Shown: positions 9,461 through 18,790 of the stretch, piece by piece
How the letters are laid out: each line of letters begins with the position of its first letter
Position numbering within the stretch: the first letter of the stretch is position 1
DNA from: Candidatus Dormibacteria bacterium
Lineage (GTDB): Bacteria > Chloroflexota > Dormibacteria > Aeolococcales > Aeolococcaceae
NCBI GenBank assembly: GCA_050015875.1
Contig: JBEKAP010000001.1
Coordinates: 1 to 55,971 of the forward strand
DNA length: 55,971 nt
Direction: 5' to 3'
Notes under the pieces: generated by a model
Databases searched by the model: none
Told to the model about the DNA's origin: nothing
Seen by the model: the letters and a program-made list of their open reading frames with translations, nothing else
Position numbers and translations under genes: made by a program

Positions 9461-10185
9461 AGCCACGCGTCTCCATCGTGGTGCCGGTGTACCAGGAGGG
9501 GCCCGGGATCGTCCGGTTTCTGGACAGGGTGTTCGAGGCGGTGACCCTGCCCTGCGAGATGCTCGCCGTCTACGACCAGCCCGACGACTCGACGGTTCCG
9601 TACCTGGAGACGGCGGCGGCGCGGGAACCGCGTCTCCGTCCGCTGCTCAACCGCTACGGGCGCGGGCCGGCGGCGGCTCTCCGTTTCGGCATCGACGAGG
9701 CGCGCAGCGACGTCATCGTCGTGACCATGGCCGACGGCAGCGACGATGCTCATCAGATCGACGCGCTGACCCGCCTCGTCGAGCGGGGGGTGGTGGTGGC
9801 CGCGGCCTCGCGCTACATGCGGGGAGGGCAGCAGGTCGGCGGCCCCTGGATGAAGGGTGCGATCTCCCGGACCGCGGGTCTCTCCCTCCATCTCATCGGT
9901 CGGGTGGGGACGCACGACCCGACCAACTCGTTCAAGGCGTACTCCCGGCAGTTCATCCAGGAGGTCGGCGTCGAGTCCGATGCCGGCTTCACCCTGGGCA
10001 TCGAGCTGGTCGCCAAGGCGAAGGAGCGGGGGCTCCCGGTCGCCGAGATCCCGACCATCTGGCTCGACCGTGCCGAGGGCACGTCCAGCTTCCGGGTGAC
10101 GAAGTGGCTCAGCCGCTACCTCCACTGGTACCTCCGCGCCCTCCGGCCGACCCGAAAGCGGCCCAGGCCCCGGAAGCTCGGCTGA
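9457..10185 (+). CDS. GT2 glycosyltransferase, DPM1/Ppm1-like (candidate polyprenyl-phosphate sugar synthase)
   Basis: The GTG at 9457 overlaps the upstream stop (GTGA). Motifs VSIVVPVYQEG, AVYDQPDDST, TMADGSDD and DPTNSFKAY are typical of soluble Dpm1-type GT2 enzymes. No TM segments. Confidence 0.85.
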   Translation: MKPRVSIVVPVYQEGPGIVRFLDRVFEAVTLPCEMLAVYDQPDDSTVPYLETAAAREPRLRPLLNRYGRGPAAALRFGIDEARSDVIVVTMADGSDDAHQIDALTRLVERGVVVAAASRYMRGGQQVGGPWMKGAISRTAGLSLHLIGRVGTHDPTNSFKAYSRQFIQEVGVESDAGFTLGIELVAKAKERGLPVAEIPTIWLDRAEGTSSFRVTKWLSRYLHWYLRALRPTRKRPRPRKLG

Positions 10186-10206
10186 GGCGGTGGCGGCCGG
10201 CTCTCG

Positions 10207-13200
10207 GTGGGGGCCGCCGGCACTTCGGCCGTACCGAACCCTTGTATCCTGCCCCGAGCCAGTCCCGGCGGCGCCTCCGCCCGCCGGAGTCCTGACCCAG
10301 TTCCCGAGGGCGGAGGCTGGTCTGGAGCCTCCCTCCCCGCCCGGAGACCCGCGATCGCCACCCTGACCCCGCCCCCGCCCCCGGAGCCCGCCCCGGGCCC
10401 GGCCTCGGCCGGCAGTCCGGCCTTTCCGGGCTGGCCGTGGGTGCCCCGCCGCATCGTCATCGAGGCGGGTTTGGCGGTGGCCAGCGCGGCCGTGGCCGCC
10501 GCGGCGGTGGTCAAGCTGGCGCGCGACCTGCCGGCGACCAACCAGGCTCACACCGACATCGTCGGCTACCCGATCTTCGCCGACTTCAGCGCCAGCCGGT
10601 ACCCGGATGTGTGGTACCTCACCGTCATCGGCTGGCCCCTCCTCGGCCTGCTCGTCTTCCTGGTCGGGCGCCGCGTGCTGCGGGCGGCGGGGCTCCTGGG
10701 TAAGCCGGGGTTCGCCGTCCATGCCGGCCGGGCGCTGCCCGCCCCGCCGCCCGAGCCCCCTGTCGACCCCGGCTCACCGACGGAGCGGACCGCTCTGGCC
10801 GCCCGGGTGGCCGCGGTCGCGCTGGTGTGGGGCCTCGCCGGCGCCATCGTCCGGGACAACCAGGGATCTCGCTTCTGGCGCGACCTGGTGGTCATCGCCG
10901 CGGCCTACTGTGTGCTGCTCCTCCTCGCGGCCGCCGCGCTCTCAGCGCGGGGAGCGGGGCGCTCGCCGTGGCTGAGCGGGGTGCGCGCCGTCAGCACCCT
11001 CAACGCCCTCGGTGCGGCGCTCACCATCGGGGGACTGCTGGCGGTCTCCCAGCGCACCACACTCACCACTCTCTCGGACAACGTCCAGCATCCGATGCAC
11101 TGGCTCCCCCTGGCGCTGGGTGTCGTGCTCACGGCCGTCAGTGTCGGAGTGGTTGGCATCTGCCTCTGGCGTGGCAGCGGGGCCGGCCCCGGCAGGGTGC
11201 GGACCATCGAGAGGCGAGCCCTCTTCCTGGTGGCGGTACCCGTCGCCATCTTCCTGTCCACCGCGGTGTTGACCGGCGCCCTGGGCGCCTGGGACAACTT
11301 CGAGTCCGGTCAGGAGATCGCGACGCTGCGGCTGCTCCACCTGGGCGCGGTGCCCTACCGCGATTTCCTGCCCTATCACGGGCTGCTGGTCGACACCTTC
11401 TTCAACGCCCTCGGTTATCGGCTGCTGAGCGCATCGGCCTGGGGGGCGTTCGCGGGCACGGCGCTGATCCTCACGCCGCTCAACTGGGTGGCCCTCTACC
11501 TCTTCGCCTACCGCGTGGCCGGCGCGTGCTGGGCGGCACTCCTCACCGTGGTGCTGCTCATCTTCAACACCACCCTGATGGTCGGGGGAGATCGGCTGAT
11601 GTTCTGGCCACTCATCCTCGTGCTGCTGGCCATCGCGCTGGATCGGAGGTCGCGGATCGCCTCCTTCTTCGTGGGAGCGACGGCGGTCCTGTTCGCGGTG
11701 CTCGTGCCGGAGGCCAGCTACGCGGTGCCGGCCTGCGGCATCGCTCTCCTCGCCCGCGATGCCTACCACGCTGGCTGGCCTCGGGTTCGTCTCCTGCGGG
11801 ACTTCGGGCTCACCCTCGGGGCCATCGCCGGGGGGGCGGTGGTCCTCGTCGCCCTCTTCGCCGTCCTGGCGTCCCAGCACGCCGTCGGTGGTTTCGTGGA
11901 CTTCTACGTCACCCAGGTGCCGGGGCACGGCCTCGAGGGAGCCCTCCCGATCAGCTTCACGCCACTCACGCAGCAATTCCTCTACTGGGTCGTCGCGCCC
12001 GGAGCCGCCTCACTGCTCGTCGCCGCCATCCTCGCGATCAGGGTCCGCCGCCGCCTGGCACTCCGCACCAATGACTTCCTGATGATGGCCGCCGCCGTCT
12101 TCGCCGTCCTCTACTACGCCGGGGAGTTCCTCGGTCGAGCCGACTTCCCCCATTCGGCGCTGGCCTACACGGGCGCGATCCCCCTGGTGATGCTCTGCGC
12201 CTGGGAGGCCGCGATGTGGCTCAACGGATGGGTGCGCGCTCGACTCCGAGGCAGTGATGCGGGTGGGTTGCGCTGGCCGCTCTTCTACGTGGTCGCGGTC
12301 ATCGCCGGGATCACCACGACCACCTCCATCCCCAGCGTGATCGCCGCGGCGCCCACCGACTTCCGAGCCACCGCCGCGACCGAGCCCTGGCTCTCGAGCA
12401 TGGGTTACGTCTCCGACAGCGAGGAGCCGCTGGTGGACGACGTGGGCACCTTCCTCTCCGCCTTTCTCAAGCCGGGCGAGGAGATCTTCGACTTCAGCAA
12501 TCAGCCGGGCCTCTACTTCTACACCCTGTACTACCGGCCCGCCTCCCGCCATTTCGTCACCACCACCGACGGCAATCAGGCGTCCCAGGAGGAGACCATC
12601 TCCGACCTGGAGACGAGCCGCCCGGAGTTTGCCGTGCTCTTCGGAACAGCACCCGGCTCCCTGTCGATCTACGACGGCATTCCCAACGCGGTGCGCGACT
12701 ACGACACGTCCGAGTATCTCCTCGACCACTACCGGCCGCTCGCCGACGTCGACGGCCAGATCATCTATGTCCGGGACGGCGCACCCGTCACCATCCCCGC
12801 CTCGCTCCAGTCAGAGCTCGGACCGGCGCTCGATGTCACCGACGTCCCCTTCCAGTATCCGGACTGCGCCTGGGGGTACATACCGGAGTTTCTGAACGTC
12901 CGACCTCCCGCCGGCGAGAGCGGTGTCGTGGTCGGGGGTGGGCGCGCCCCCACCATCGACTGGGCCCTCAGCGAGCCGAGCGGCCACAGCTGGGCCGACT
13001 ACCGGTGGATGGAGTTGACCATCGCCTCCGGCTCACCCGGCGCCTCCTTCGTCCTCAGCGACCAGGAGGTCCCAGGCGAGAACCACGACATCACTTTCCA
13101 GACGCTGCCGGGCGGCCAGGCCTCCTACACGTTCCCGATCGGTGCGTGCCCCCAGTGGCACGGCTACACGTTGCCCACCCTCAGCCTCAGCATCAGCAGC

Positions 13201-13242
13201 GGACCGGCGGTGGCGATCACGCAGATCAAGCTGCTGCCGTGA
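10207..13242 (+). CDS. Very large polytopic membrane protein with a ~330-aa C-terminal extracytoplasmic domain (family unknown, GT-C-like candidate)
   Basis: 1011-aa ORF. The first ~78 codons are Pro-rich with weaker third-position G/C bias, so the real start may be the GTG at 10441. More than 14 hydrophobic segments are followed by a soluble C-terminal domain (from ~12350). Confidence 0.75.
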   Translation: MGAAGTSAVPNPCILPRASPGGASARRSPDPVPEGGGWSGASLPARRPAIATLTPPPPPEPAPGPASAGSPAFPGWPWVPRRIVIEAGLAVASAAVAAAAVVKLARDLPATNQAHTDIVGYPIFADFSASRYPDVWYLTVIGWPLLGLLVFLVGRRVLRAAGLLGKPGFAVHAGRALPAPPPEPPVDPGSPTERTALAARVAAVALVWGLAGAIVRDNQGSRFWRDLVVIAAAYCVLLLLAAAALSARGAGRSPWLSGVRAVSTLNALGAALTIGGLLAVSQRTTLTTLSDNVQHPMHWLPLALGVVLTAVSVGVVGICLWRGSGAGPGRVRTIERRALFLVAVPVAIFLSTAVLTGALGAWDNFESGQEIATLRLLHLGAVPYRDFLPYHGLLVDTFFNALGYRLLSASAWGAFAGTALILTPLNWVALYLFAYRVAGACWAALLTVVLLIFNTTLMVGGDRLMFWPLILVLLAIALDRRSRIASFFVGATAVLFAVLVPEASYAVPACGIALLARDAYHAGWPRVRLLRDFGLTLGAIAGGAVVLVALFAVLASQHAVGGFVDFYVTQVPGHGLEGALPISFTPLTQQFLYWVVAPGAASLLVAAILAIRVRRRLALRTNDFLMMAAAVFAVLYYAGEFLGRADFPHSALAYTGAIPLVMLCAWEAAMWLNGWVRARLRGSDAGGLRWPLFYVVAVIAGITTTTSIPSVIAAAPTDFRATAATEPWLSSMGYVSDSEEPLVDDVGTFLSAFLKPGEEIFDFSNQPGLYFYTLYYRPASRHFVTTTDGNQASQEETISDLETSRPEFAVLFGTAPGSLSIYDGIPNAVRDYDTSEYLLDHYRPLADVDGQIIYVRDGAPVTIPASLQSELGPALDVTDVPFQYPDCAWGYIPEFLNVRPPAGESGVVVGGGRAPTIDWALSEPSGHSWADYRWMELTIASGSPGASFVLSDQEVPGENHDITFQTLPGGQASYTFPIGACPQWHGYTLPTLSLSISSGPAVAITQIKLLP

Positions 13243-13393
13243 CCGCGCAGACAGCGGTCGCGGCGCGCGCCGGTCCGCGGCAGACCGGGGCACTCGCTCC
13301 ATTCGCCGCATCGAACATCGGTGCGGATGAAGCGGGCGATACCATCTCGACGAGGATGGGCGTCTCGGCGCCCCACGGGCCAGGAGGACTTCG

Positions 13394-14722
13394 GTGACAT
13401 CCTCGCTCGACCTGGGGACCGCGGTCTCCCGGCCGGCCGCGATCCAGGGCGCGGACCTCCAGGGCGAGTTGCTCGTGCCCGAGCACGATGACTGCGTCGA
13501 TCCAGAGCTCTCGATCGTCATCCCGGCATGCGACGAGGCGCTCACGGTGGGGGACTTCGTCGACTGGTGCCGGGAGGGCATGAGCGCGGCGGCGGTCCAG
13601 GGCGAGGTGCTCATCGTCGACAGCTCGAGCGATGCGACCGCGCAGATCGCCCTTGCCCACGGCGCGCGGGTGCTGCGGGTGCCCCGTCGCGGCCTGGGCC
13701 AGGCATACATCGACGCCATCCCCCACATCCGCGGCCGCTACGTCCTCATGGGGGACGCCGACTGCACCTACGACTTCCGCCAGCTCGGCGGCTTCGTGCG
13801 CGGCTTTCGGGACGGCTACGAGTTCGTGATGGGCTCTCGGTGGAAGGGGAGCATCGAGCCCGGCTCGATGCCCTGGCATCACCGCCACCTCGGCACTCCG
13901 GTGACCACCTGGATCCTCAACATCCTCTTCAGCAGCCACTTCTCGGACATCCACTGCGGCATGCGGGGCATCACCCGCGACGCGCTGGTCCGCATGGGGC
14001 TGCAGTCCACCTCCTGGGAGTACGCGTCGGAGATGGTGCTCAAGTCGGTGCACATGCATCTCCGGACCACCGAGGTGCCGGTGGCGTTTCTCAAGGACCG
14101 TGAGGGGCGGGTGAGCCACCACAAGCGCCTGGGCTGGCTCTCTCCCTACCAGGCCGCGTGGATCAATCTCCGGGCCATGTTCATCTACGGCGCCGAGTTC
14201 TTCGTCTACCGGCCCGGCATCGTGATGTTTGCCCTCGGGCTCGTGATCACCCTTCCCCTCAGCCTGGGCCCGATCGGGCTCGGTCCCCTGCACCTCTCGC
14301 TCTACACGATGCTGCTGGGGATGACCCTGACCCTGGTCGGCCTGCAGAGCTTCTTCTTCGGCTGCCTCGCCCAGATCCTGCACGACTACACGGGCCGGGC
14401 TCGGCGGCGCTGGCTGACAGTCTTCCCGTACTCGCGAATCGTGCTGCTCTGCGCGGTCGCCTTCGTGGGGGGGATCGTTCTGGATGCCCTGCTCGTGGCC
14501 CACTGGGTTTCCCACGGCCTGGCGCTCGACTCGGGCAGCGTCCTGTATAGCGCGGTCATCGGTCTAATGCTCATCATGGCCAGCTTCATGACCTTCACCT
14601 TCACCCTCCTGCTCCATGCCGCCGCGCTGCGCGGCGGCCCCCTCCACCGCGGCGTCGACCGGACGGCCGCGTCACAGAGCGACCACACGTCGTCGGGCGC
14701 CGGAAGGCCCGGAGGCAACTGA
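13394..14722 (+). CDS. GT2 glycosyltransferase with C-terminal transmembrane helices (GtrB/ArnC-like architecture)
   Basis: AGGAGGA Shine-Dalgarno 5 nt upstream of the GTG at 13394. Motifs LSIVIPACDEA and LMGDADCTYD. The C-terminal third contains 4 hydrophobic helices (e.g. FFVYRPGIVMFALGLVITLPL, LLCAVAFVGGIVLDALLVAHW). Confidence 0.85.
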   Translation: MTSSLDLGTAVSRPAAIQGADLQGELLVPEHDDCVDPELSIVIPACDEALTVGDFVDWCREGMSAAAVQGEVLIVDSSSDATAQIALAHGARVLRVPRRGLGQAYIDAIPHIRGRYVLMGDADCTYDFRQLGGFVRGFRDGYEFVMGSRWKGSIEPGSMPWHHRHLGTPVTTWILNILFSSHFSDIHCGMRGITRDALVRMGLQSTSWEYASEMVLKSVHMHLRTTEVPVAFLKDREGRVSHHKRLGWLSPYQAAWINLRAMFIYGAEFFVYRPGIVMFALGLVITLPLSLGPIGLGPLHLSLYTMLLGMTLTLVGLQSFFFGCLAQILHDYTGRARRRWLTVFPYSRIVLLCAVAFVGGIVLDALLVAHWVSHGLALDSGSVLYSAVIGLMLIMASFMTFTFTLLLHAAALRGGPLHRGVDRTAASQSDHTSSGAGRPGGN

Positions 14723-15333
14723 TGGGAAGCTTCACCGACGCGTATCTCGACGAGACCCGGCGGATTGTCCAGGCCATCGATGGCGAAGCCGTCGAGCGGC
14801 TCGCCGAAGGGCTGGCCCGGGTGCGGGAACGCGCCGGCCGGCTCTTCATCCTCGGGGTGGGCGGCTCCGCGGGTCACGCCAGCCACGCGGTCAACGACTT
14901 CCGCAAGCTCTGCGGCATCGAGGCCTACACGCCCGTCGACAACGTCTCGGAGCTCACCGCCCGGATCAACGACGACGGTTGGGACACGTCCTTCAGCAAT
15001 TGGCTGGTGGGATCCCGCCTGGGCGCGAAGGACGGCCTTCTGGTCTTCTCGGTGGGCGGCGGGGACCGGGAGCGGCGCATCTCCGGGAACATCGTCAACG
15101 CGCTGGACGCGGCCCGCGCCGCCGGCTGTTTCATCGGTGGGGTGGTCGGTCGAGATGGCGGCCACACGGCGAGGGTCGGCGACGCGGTGGTGGTGATACC
15201 GCCACTCGTGGAGGAGCGGGTGACCCCCCACACGGAGGGGCTGTGCGCCGTCGTGTGGCATCTGCTGGTATCGCATCCACTACTCCAGCTTGTCGCCACC
15301 AAGTGGGAGTCGGCGCTCGAGGAGACGTCGTGA
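14722..15333 (+). CDS. gmhA: SIS-domain sugar-phosphate isomerase, probable sedoheptulose-7-phosphate isomerase
   Basis: TGATG overlap with the upstream gene and a GGAGG 6 nt upstream. SIS motif LFILGVGGSAGHASHAVNDFRK. About 200 aa, sitting in an operon with hddA- and hddC-like genes. Confidence 0.7.
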   Translation: MGSFTDAYLDETRRIVQAIDGEAVERLAEGLARVRERAGRLFILGVGGSAGHASHAVNDFRKLCGIEAYTPVDNVSELTARINDDGWDTSFSNWLVGSRLGAKDGLLVFSVGGGDRERRISGNIVNALDAARAAGCFIGGVVGRDGGHTARVGDAVVVIPPLVEERVTPHTEGLCAVVWHLLVSHPLLQLVATKWESALEETS

Positions 15334-16322
15334 CCAGTCGCTACCTGATCGTCGGTGGAGCGGGCTTCATCGGGAGTCACTTCACCGACCGCCTCCTCGG
15401 CGACCCGGCCACGGAGGCGGTGACCCTCTACGACAACTTCTCATCCGGTCGTGAGTGGCACTACGCCCGGTGGGTGGAGGACCGGCGGCTCTCGGTCGTC
15501 CGCGCCGACGTCCACGATCAGGATCGCCTGACCGACGCCATGCGGGGCCGCGACGTGGTCATCCACCTCGCGTCCAACCCCGACATCGCCCGCGCCATCA
15601 CCGAGCCCGCCATCGACTTCGACGAGGGGACCGCCCTGACGCACGCGGTGGTGGAGGCGATGCGGCGAACCGGTGTGGGCACGATCCTGTATGCGTCGGG
15701 AAGCGGCGTCTACGGCGATCTGGGCGAGGCCGAGGCTTCGGAGGACCATGGCCCTCTGATCCCCATCTCGACCTACGCCGCCTCCAAACTGGCGGGGGAG
15801 GCGATGATCGCGGCCTACTCCTTCATGTTCGGGCTGGTGGGCCGCGCCTTCCGGTTCGGCAACGTGGTCGGGCCCCGGCAGACGCACGGGGTGGGATTTG
15901 ACTTTGTCCGAAGGTTGGCCACCGACCCGACGCGGCTGCGCATCCTGGGTGATGGCAGCCAGAGCAAGTCGTACGTCCATGTCAGCGATGTGGTCGAGGC
16001 GGTGCTCACCGCCCTTCGTCGGGAGACCCGTCCGTACCAGGTGTACAACGTCGCCACGCTCGACTACGTCACCGTGCTGGAGATCGCCGACATGGCGGTC
16101 CAGGTCGCCGGGCTGCCCGCCGAAACGGTCACGTACGAGTTCACGGGGGGCGATCGCGGCTGGAAGGGCGACGTTCCCGTCGTCCGCCTCAACAGCGACC
16201 GGATCAGATCGCTGGGCTGGGCGAATCGCCTGACCGCGGCCGACGCCCTGCGCGCCTCACTGCAGGAACTGCGCCACGATCTCGCCCGGATCTCGGCCGA
16301 TGACGAGGGTGTGAGCAGGTGA
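15330..16322 (+). CDS. NAD-dependent nucleotide-sugar epimerase/dehydratase (extended SDR), possible NDP-heptose modifying enzyme
   Basis: The GTG at 15330 overlaps the gmhA stop (GTGA). The protein begins VTSRYLIVGGAGFIGSHFTDRLL. The YxxxK motif lies in STYAASKLAGE. Confidence 0.85.
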   Translation: MTSRYLIVGGAGFIGSHFTDRLLGDPATEAVTLYDNFSSGREWHYARWVEDRRLSVVRADVHDQDRLTDAMRGRDVVIHLASNPDIARAITEPAIDFDEGTALTHAVVEAMRRTGVGTILYASGSGVYGDLGEAEASEDHGPLIPISTYAASKLAGEAMIAAYSFMFGLVGRAFRFGNVVGPRQTHGVGFDFVRRLATDPTRLRILGDGSQSKSYVHVSDVVEAVLTALRRETRPYQVYNVATLDYVTVLEIADMAVQVAGLPAETVTYEFTGGDRGWKGDVPVVRLNSDRIRSLGWANRLTAADALRASLQELRHDLARISADDEGVSR

Positions 16323-17032
16323 GTCTCGGCGAGCTCCGCGTCCAGATCTTTGCCGACGGCGCCGACCGCGCCGGGATCGAGGCGCTGGCGCCCAATCCGA
16401 TCATCAAGGGCTTCACCACCAATCCCACGCTGATGCGGGCGTCGGGAGTGAGTGACTATGAGGCCTTCGCCCACGACGTGCTGACGCTCGTCGGCGGCCG
16501 GCCGATCTCCTTTGAGGTGTTCGCGGACGAGGCCGCCGAGATGATCCGGCAGGGGCGGCGGATCGCCACCTGGGGTGCCAACGTCTTCGTGAAGATCCCG
16601 GTCACCGACACCCGCGGGGCGCCGACCTCCGATGTCCTCCGCGCGCTCAGCTCCGACGGTGTCCAGCTCAACGTGACGGCGATGACCACCCCCGAGCAGG
16701 TGGAGCGCGTCCTCCGGTTCCTCCACCCGGGCGCTCACCACTTCGTCTCGCTCTTCGCGGGGAGGATCGCCGACACCGGGCGAGACCCCCTCCCCCTGAT
16801 CCGGCAGTGCCTTCAGGTTCTCGCGCCACGACCCGAGGTGAGGCTCATCTGGGCGAGCCCCCGCGAGATCCTCAACGTCATCCAGGCGGACGAGGTGGGC
16901 TGCCACGTCATCACGGTGACCCACGACCTGCTCAGGAAGCTGCCCCTGCTCGGCAAGGATCTGGACGAGTATTCGCTGGAGACGGTGCAGATGTTTCACC
17001 GCGACGGTGCCGGCGCGGGATACCAGCTGTGA
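16319..17032 (+). CDS. tal: Transaldolase / fructose-6-phosphate aldolase family protein (short TalC/MipB type)
   Basis: GTGA overlap with the upstream gene. Motifs IKGFTTNPTL and NVFVKIPVT (Schiff-base Lys context). About 237 aa. Confidence 0.8.
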   Translation: MSLGELRVQIFADGADRAGIEALAPNPIIKGFTTNPTLMRASGVSDYEAFAHDVLTLVGGRPISFEVFADEAAEMIRQGRRIATWGANVFVKIPVTDTRGAPTSDVLRALSSDGVQLNVTAMTTPEQVERVLRFLHPGAHHFVSLFAGRIADTGRDPLPLIRQCLQVLAPRPEVRLIWASPREILNVIQADEVGCHVITVTHDLLRKLPLLGKDLDEYSLETVQMFHRDGAGAGYQL

Positions 17033-17805
17033 CGGGGGCGGCTGGTGACCCGGTGGATTCGGACTGGGACAGCCTCTGGCAGCGTTTCGACCAGGCCACG
17101 CAGCGCAACCCGGCGGAGCTGATGCGCTTCCGCCTGGGGCTGCGCCGGCTCGGCCTCGGAGATCGTCCGGCTCGAGTCGTCGACGTTGGGAGTGGGCAGG
17201 GAGAGCTGGTCTCGATGATCAGCCGGAGGCATCCGCATGCGGAGGTGTTGGGGGTTGAGCTCAGCGCGACCGGCGTCCGCCTCGGCCAGGCCCGGGCACC
17301 GTCGGCTCGATTCCTGCAATGGGATCTTCTGGCGGACCAGCCGCCCCCGGCCGAGTGGTCGGGGTGGGCGACTGACGCCGTCTGCTCGGAGGTCCTGGAG
17401 CATGTGGATGAACCCGCTCGCCTGCTGCGCAACGCCCAGCGTTTCATGGCCCCCGGCTGTCGCCTGGTGGTGACCGTGCCCGGAGGACCGCGCTCTGCCT
17501 TTGACCTGCACATCGGTCACCGGCGCCACTACGATCCGCGCGCCCTCGCCGATCTTCTGGCGGAGGCCGGATTCGAGAGGGTGGTGACCTTCGGTGCCGG
17601 GTTTCCCTTCTTCAACCTCTACCGCGTCGCTGTCGTCGCTCGAGGCCGGCGTCTGGTCAAGGACGTGGCGGTTCAGGATGAGGGCGGCTCGCTTTCTCGG
17701 ACCGCGCGACTCACGATGCGGGCCTTCGACCTGCTCTTCCGCCTCAACCTCACAGCGACCCCCTGGGGCTGGCAGATCGTGGGAACAGCGCGGGCGCCCA
17801 AGTGA
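17029..17805 (+). CDS. Class I SAM-dependent methyltransferase
   Basis: The GTG at 17029 overlaps the tal stop (GTGA). Motif I is VVDVGSGQGEL. The acidic loop is LGVELS and the post-I region is AVCSEVLEHVDEP. Confidence 0.8.
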   Translation: MTGAAGDPVDSDWDSLWQRFDQATQRNPAELMRFRLGLRRLGLGDRPARVVDVGSGQGELVSMISRRHPHAEVLGVELSATGVRLGQARAPSARFLQWDLLADQPPPAEWSGWATDAVCSEVLEHVDEPARLLRNAQRFMAPGCRLVVTVPGGPRSAFDLHIGHRRHYDPRALADLLAEAGFERVVTFGAGFPFFNLYRVAVVARGRRLVKDVAVQDEGGSLSRTARLTMRAFDLLFRLNLTATPWGWQIVGTARAPK

Positions 17806-17809
17806 GCCC

Positions 17810-18790
17810 ATGATCATCACCCGAACGCCCTTGCGCATCTCCCTGGGTGGCGGGGGCACCGACCTCCCCTCGTACTACTCGCGCTGTGGGGGCATGGTGG
17901 TGTCAGCCGCCATCAACCGCTACATCTACGTCGGGATAAACCGGACATTCACCGACGACTACTTCATCAAGTATGCGGAGATGGAACGGCGAAAGTCGGT
18001 TGACGAGATCTCCCACCCCATCATCCGGGAGGCGCTCCGCGCTCATCCCATCGGTCCCGCCGTCGAGATGGTCAGCATGGCGGACATTCCGGCGGGCACA
18101 GGCCTCGGATCATCAGGGTCGTTCACGGTCGGCCTGCTGCGGGCGATCTACGCCTTCAAGCGCGAGCACGTCGCGGCCCACCACCTCGCCGAGGAGGCCT
18201 GCGATATCGAGATCACGAGGCTCGGCCGGACCGTCGGCAAGCAGGATCAGTACATCGCCGCCTACGGCGGGCTCTCGTGCTTGGAGTTCGACACGGATGG
18301 GCGGGTCACGGTTTCCCCGCTCCGCATCCCGGCGACCGCACTCCACGATCTGGAAGAGCGCTTGCTTCTCTTCTTCACCGGTTACTCGCGCAGCGCGGAG
18401 GACCAGCTGCGTGAACAGCACAAGCGGAGCGAGGCGGGTGACGATGCGATGCTCGCCAACCTCGGCGATGTTGCCGTCATCGGCCACAGGGTGCGTGAGA
18501 CCCTGGAAGCGGGTGACACGCACGGCTTCGCAGGTCTGCTCCACGAACACTGGCTTGGCAAGCGGCGACGCTCGTCAGGGATGAGCAGCGAGGCCATCGA
18601 CCATTGGTACGACGTGGGGATGGCAAATGGCGCTCTGGGTGGGAAGCTTGTGGGCGCTGGCGGGGGCGGCTTTCTTCTCTTCTACGCCGACGACACGCAA
18701 TCGTTGCGTGCGGCGATGGCGAAAGAGGGGCTCGGCGAGGTTCACTTCAGCTTTGACCTCGACGGCTCCTCGGTGATCGTGCGGGACTGA
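17810..18790 (+). CDS. hddA: GHMP kinase, D-glycero-D-manno-heptose 7-phosphate kinase-like
   Basis: The protein begins MIITRTPLRISLGGGGTDLPSYY. GHMP motif II is ADIPAGTGLGSSGSF and motif III is KLVGAGGGGFLLF. Confidence 0.8.
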   Translation: MIITRTPLRISLGGGGTDLPSYYSRCGGMVVSAAINRYIYVGINRTFTDDYFIKYAEMERRKSVDEISHPIIREALRAHPIGPAVEMVSMADIPAGTGLGSSGSFTVGLLRAIYAFKREHVAAHHLAEEACDIEITRLGRTVGKQDQYIAAYGGLSCLEFDTDGRVTVSPLRIPATALHDLEERLLLFFTGYSRSAEDQLREQHKRSEAGDDAMLANLGDVAVIGHRVRETLEAGDTHGFAGLLHEHWLGKRRRSSGMSSEAIDHWYDVGMANGALGGKLVGAGGGGFLLFYADDTQSLRAAMAKEGLGEVHFSFDLDGSSVIVRD

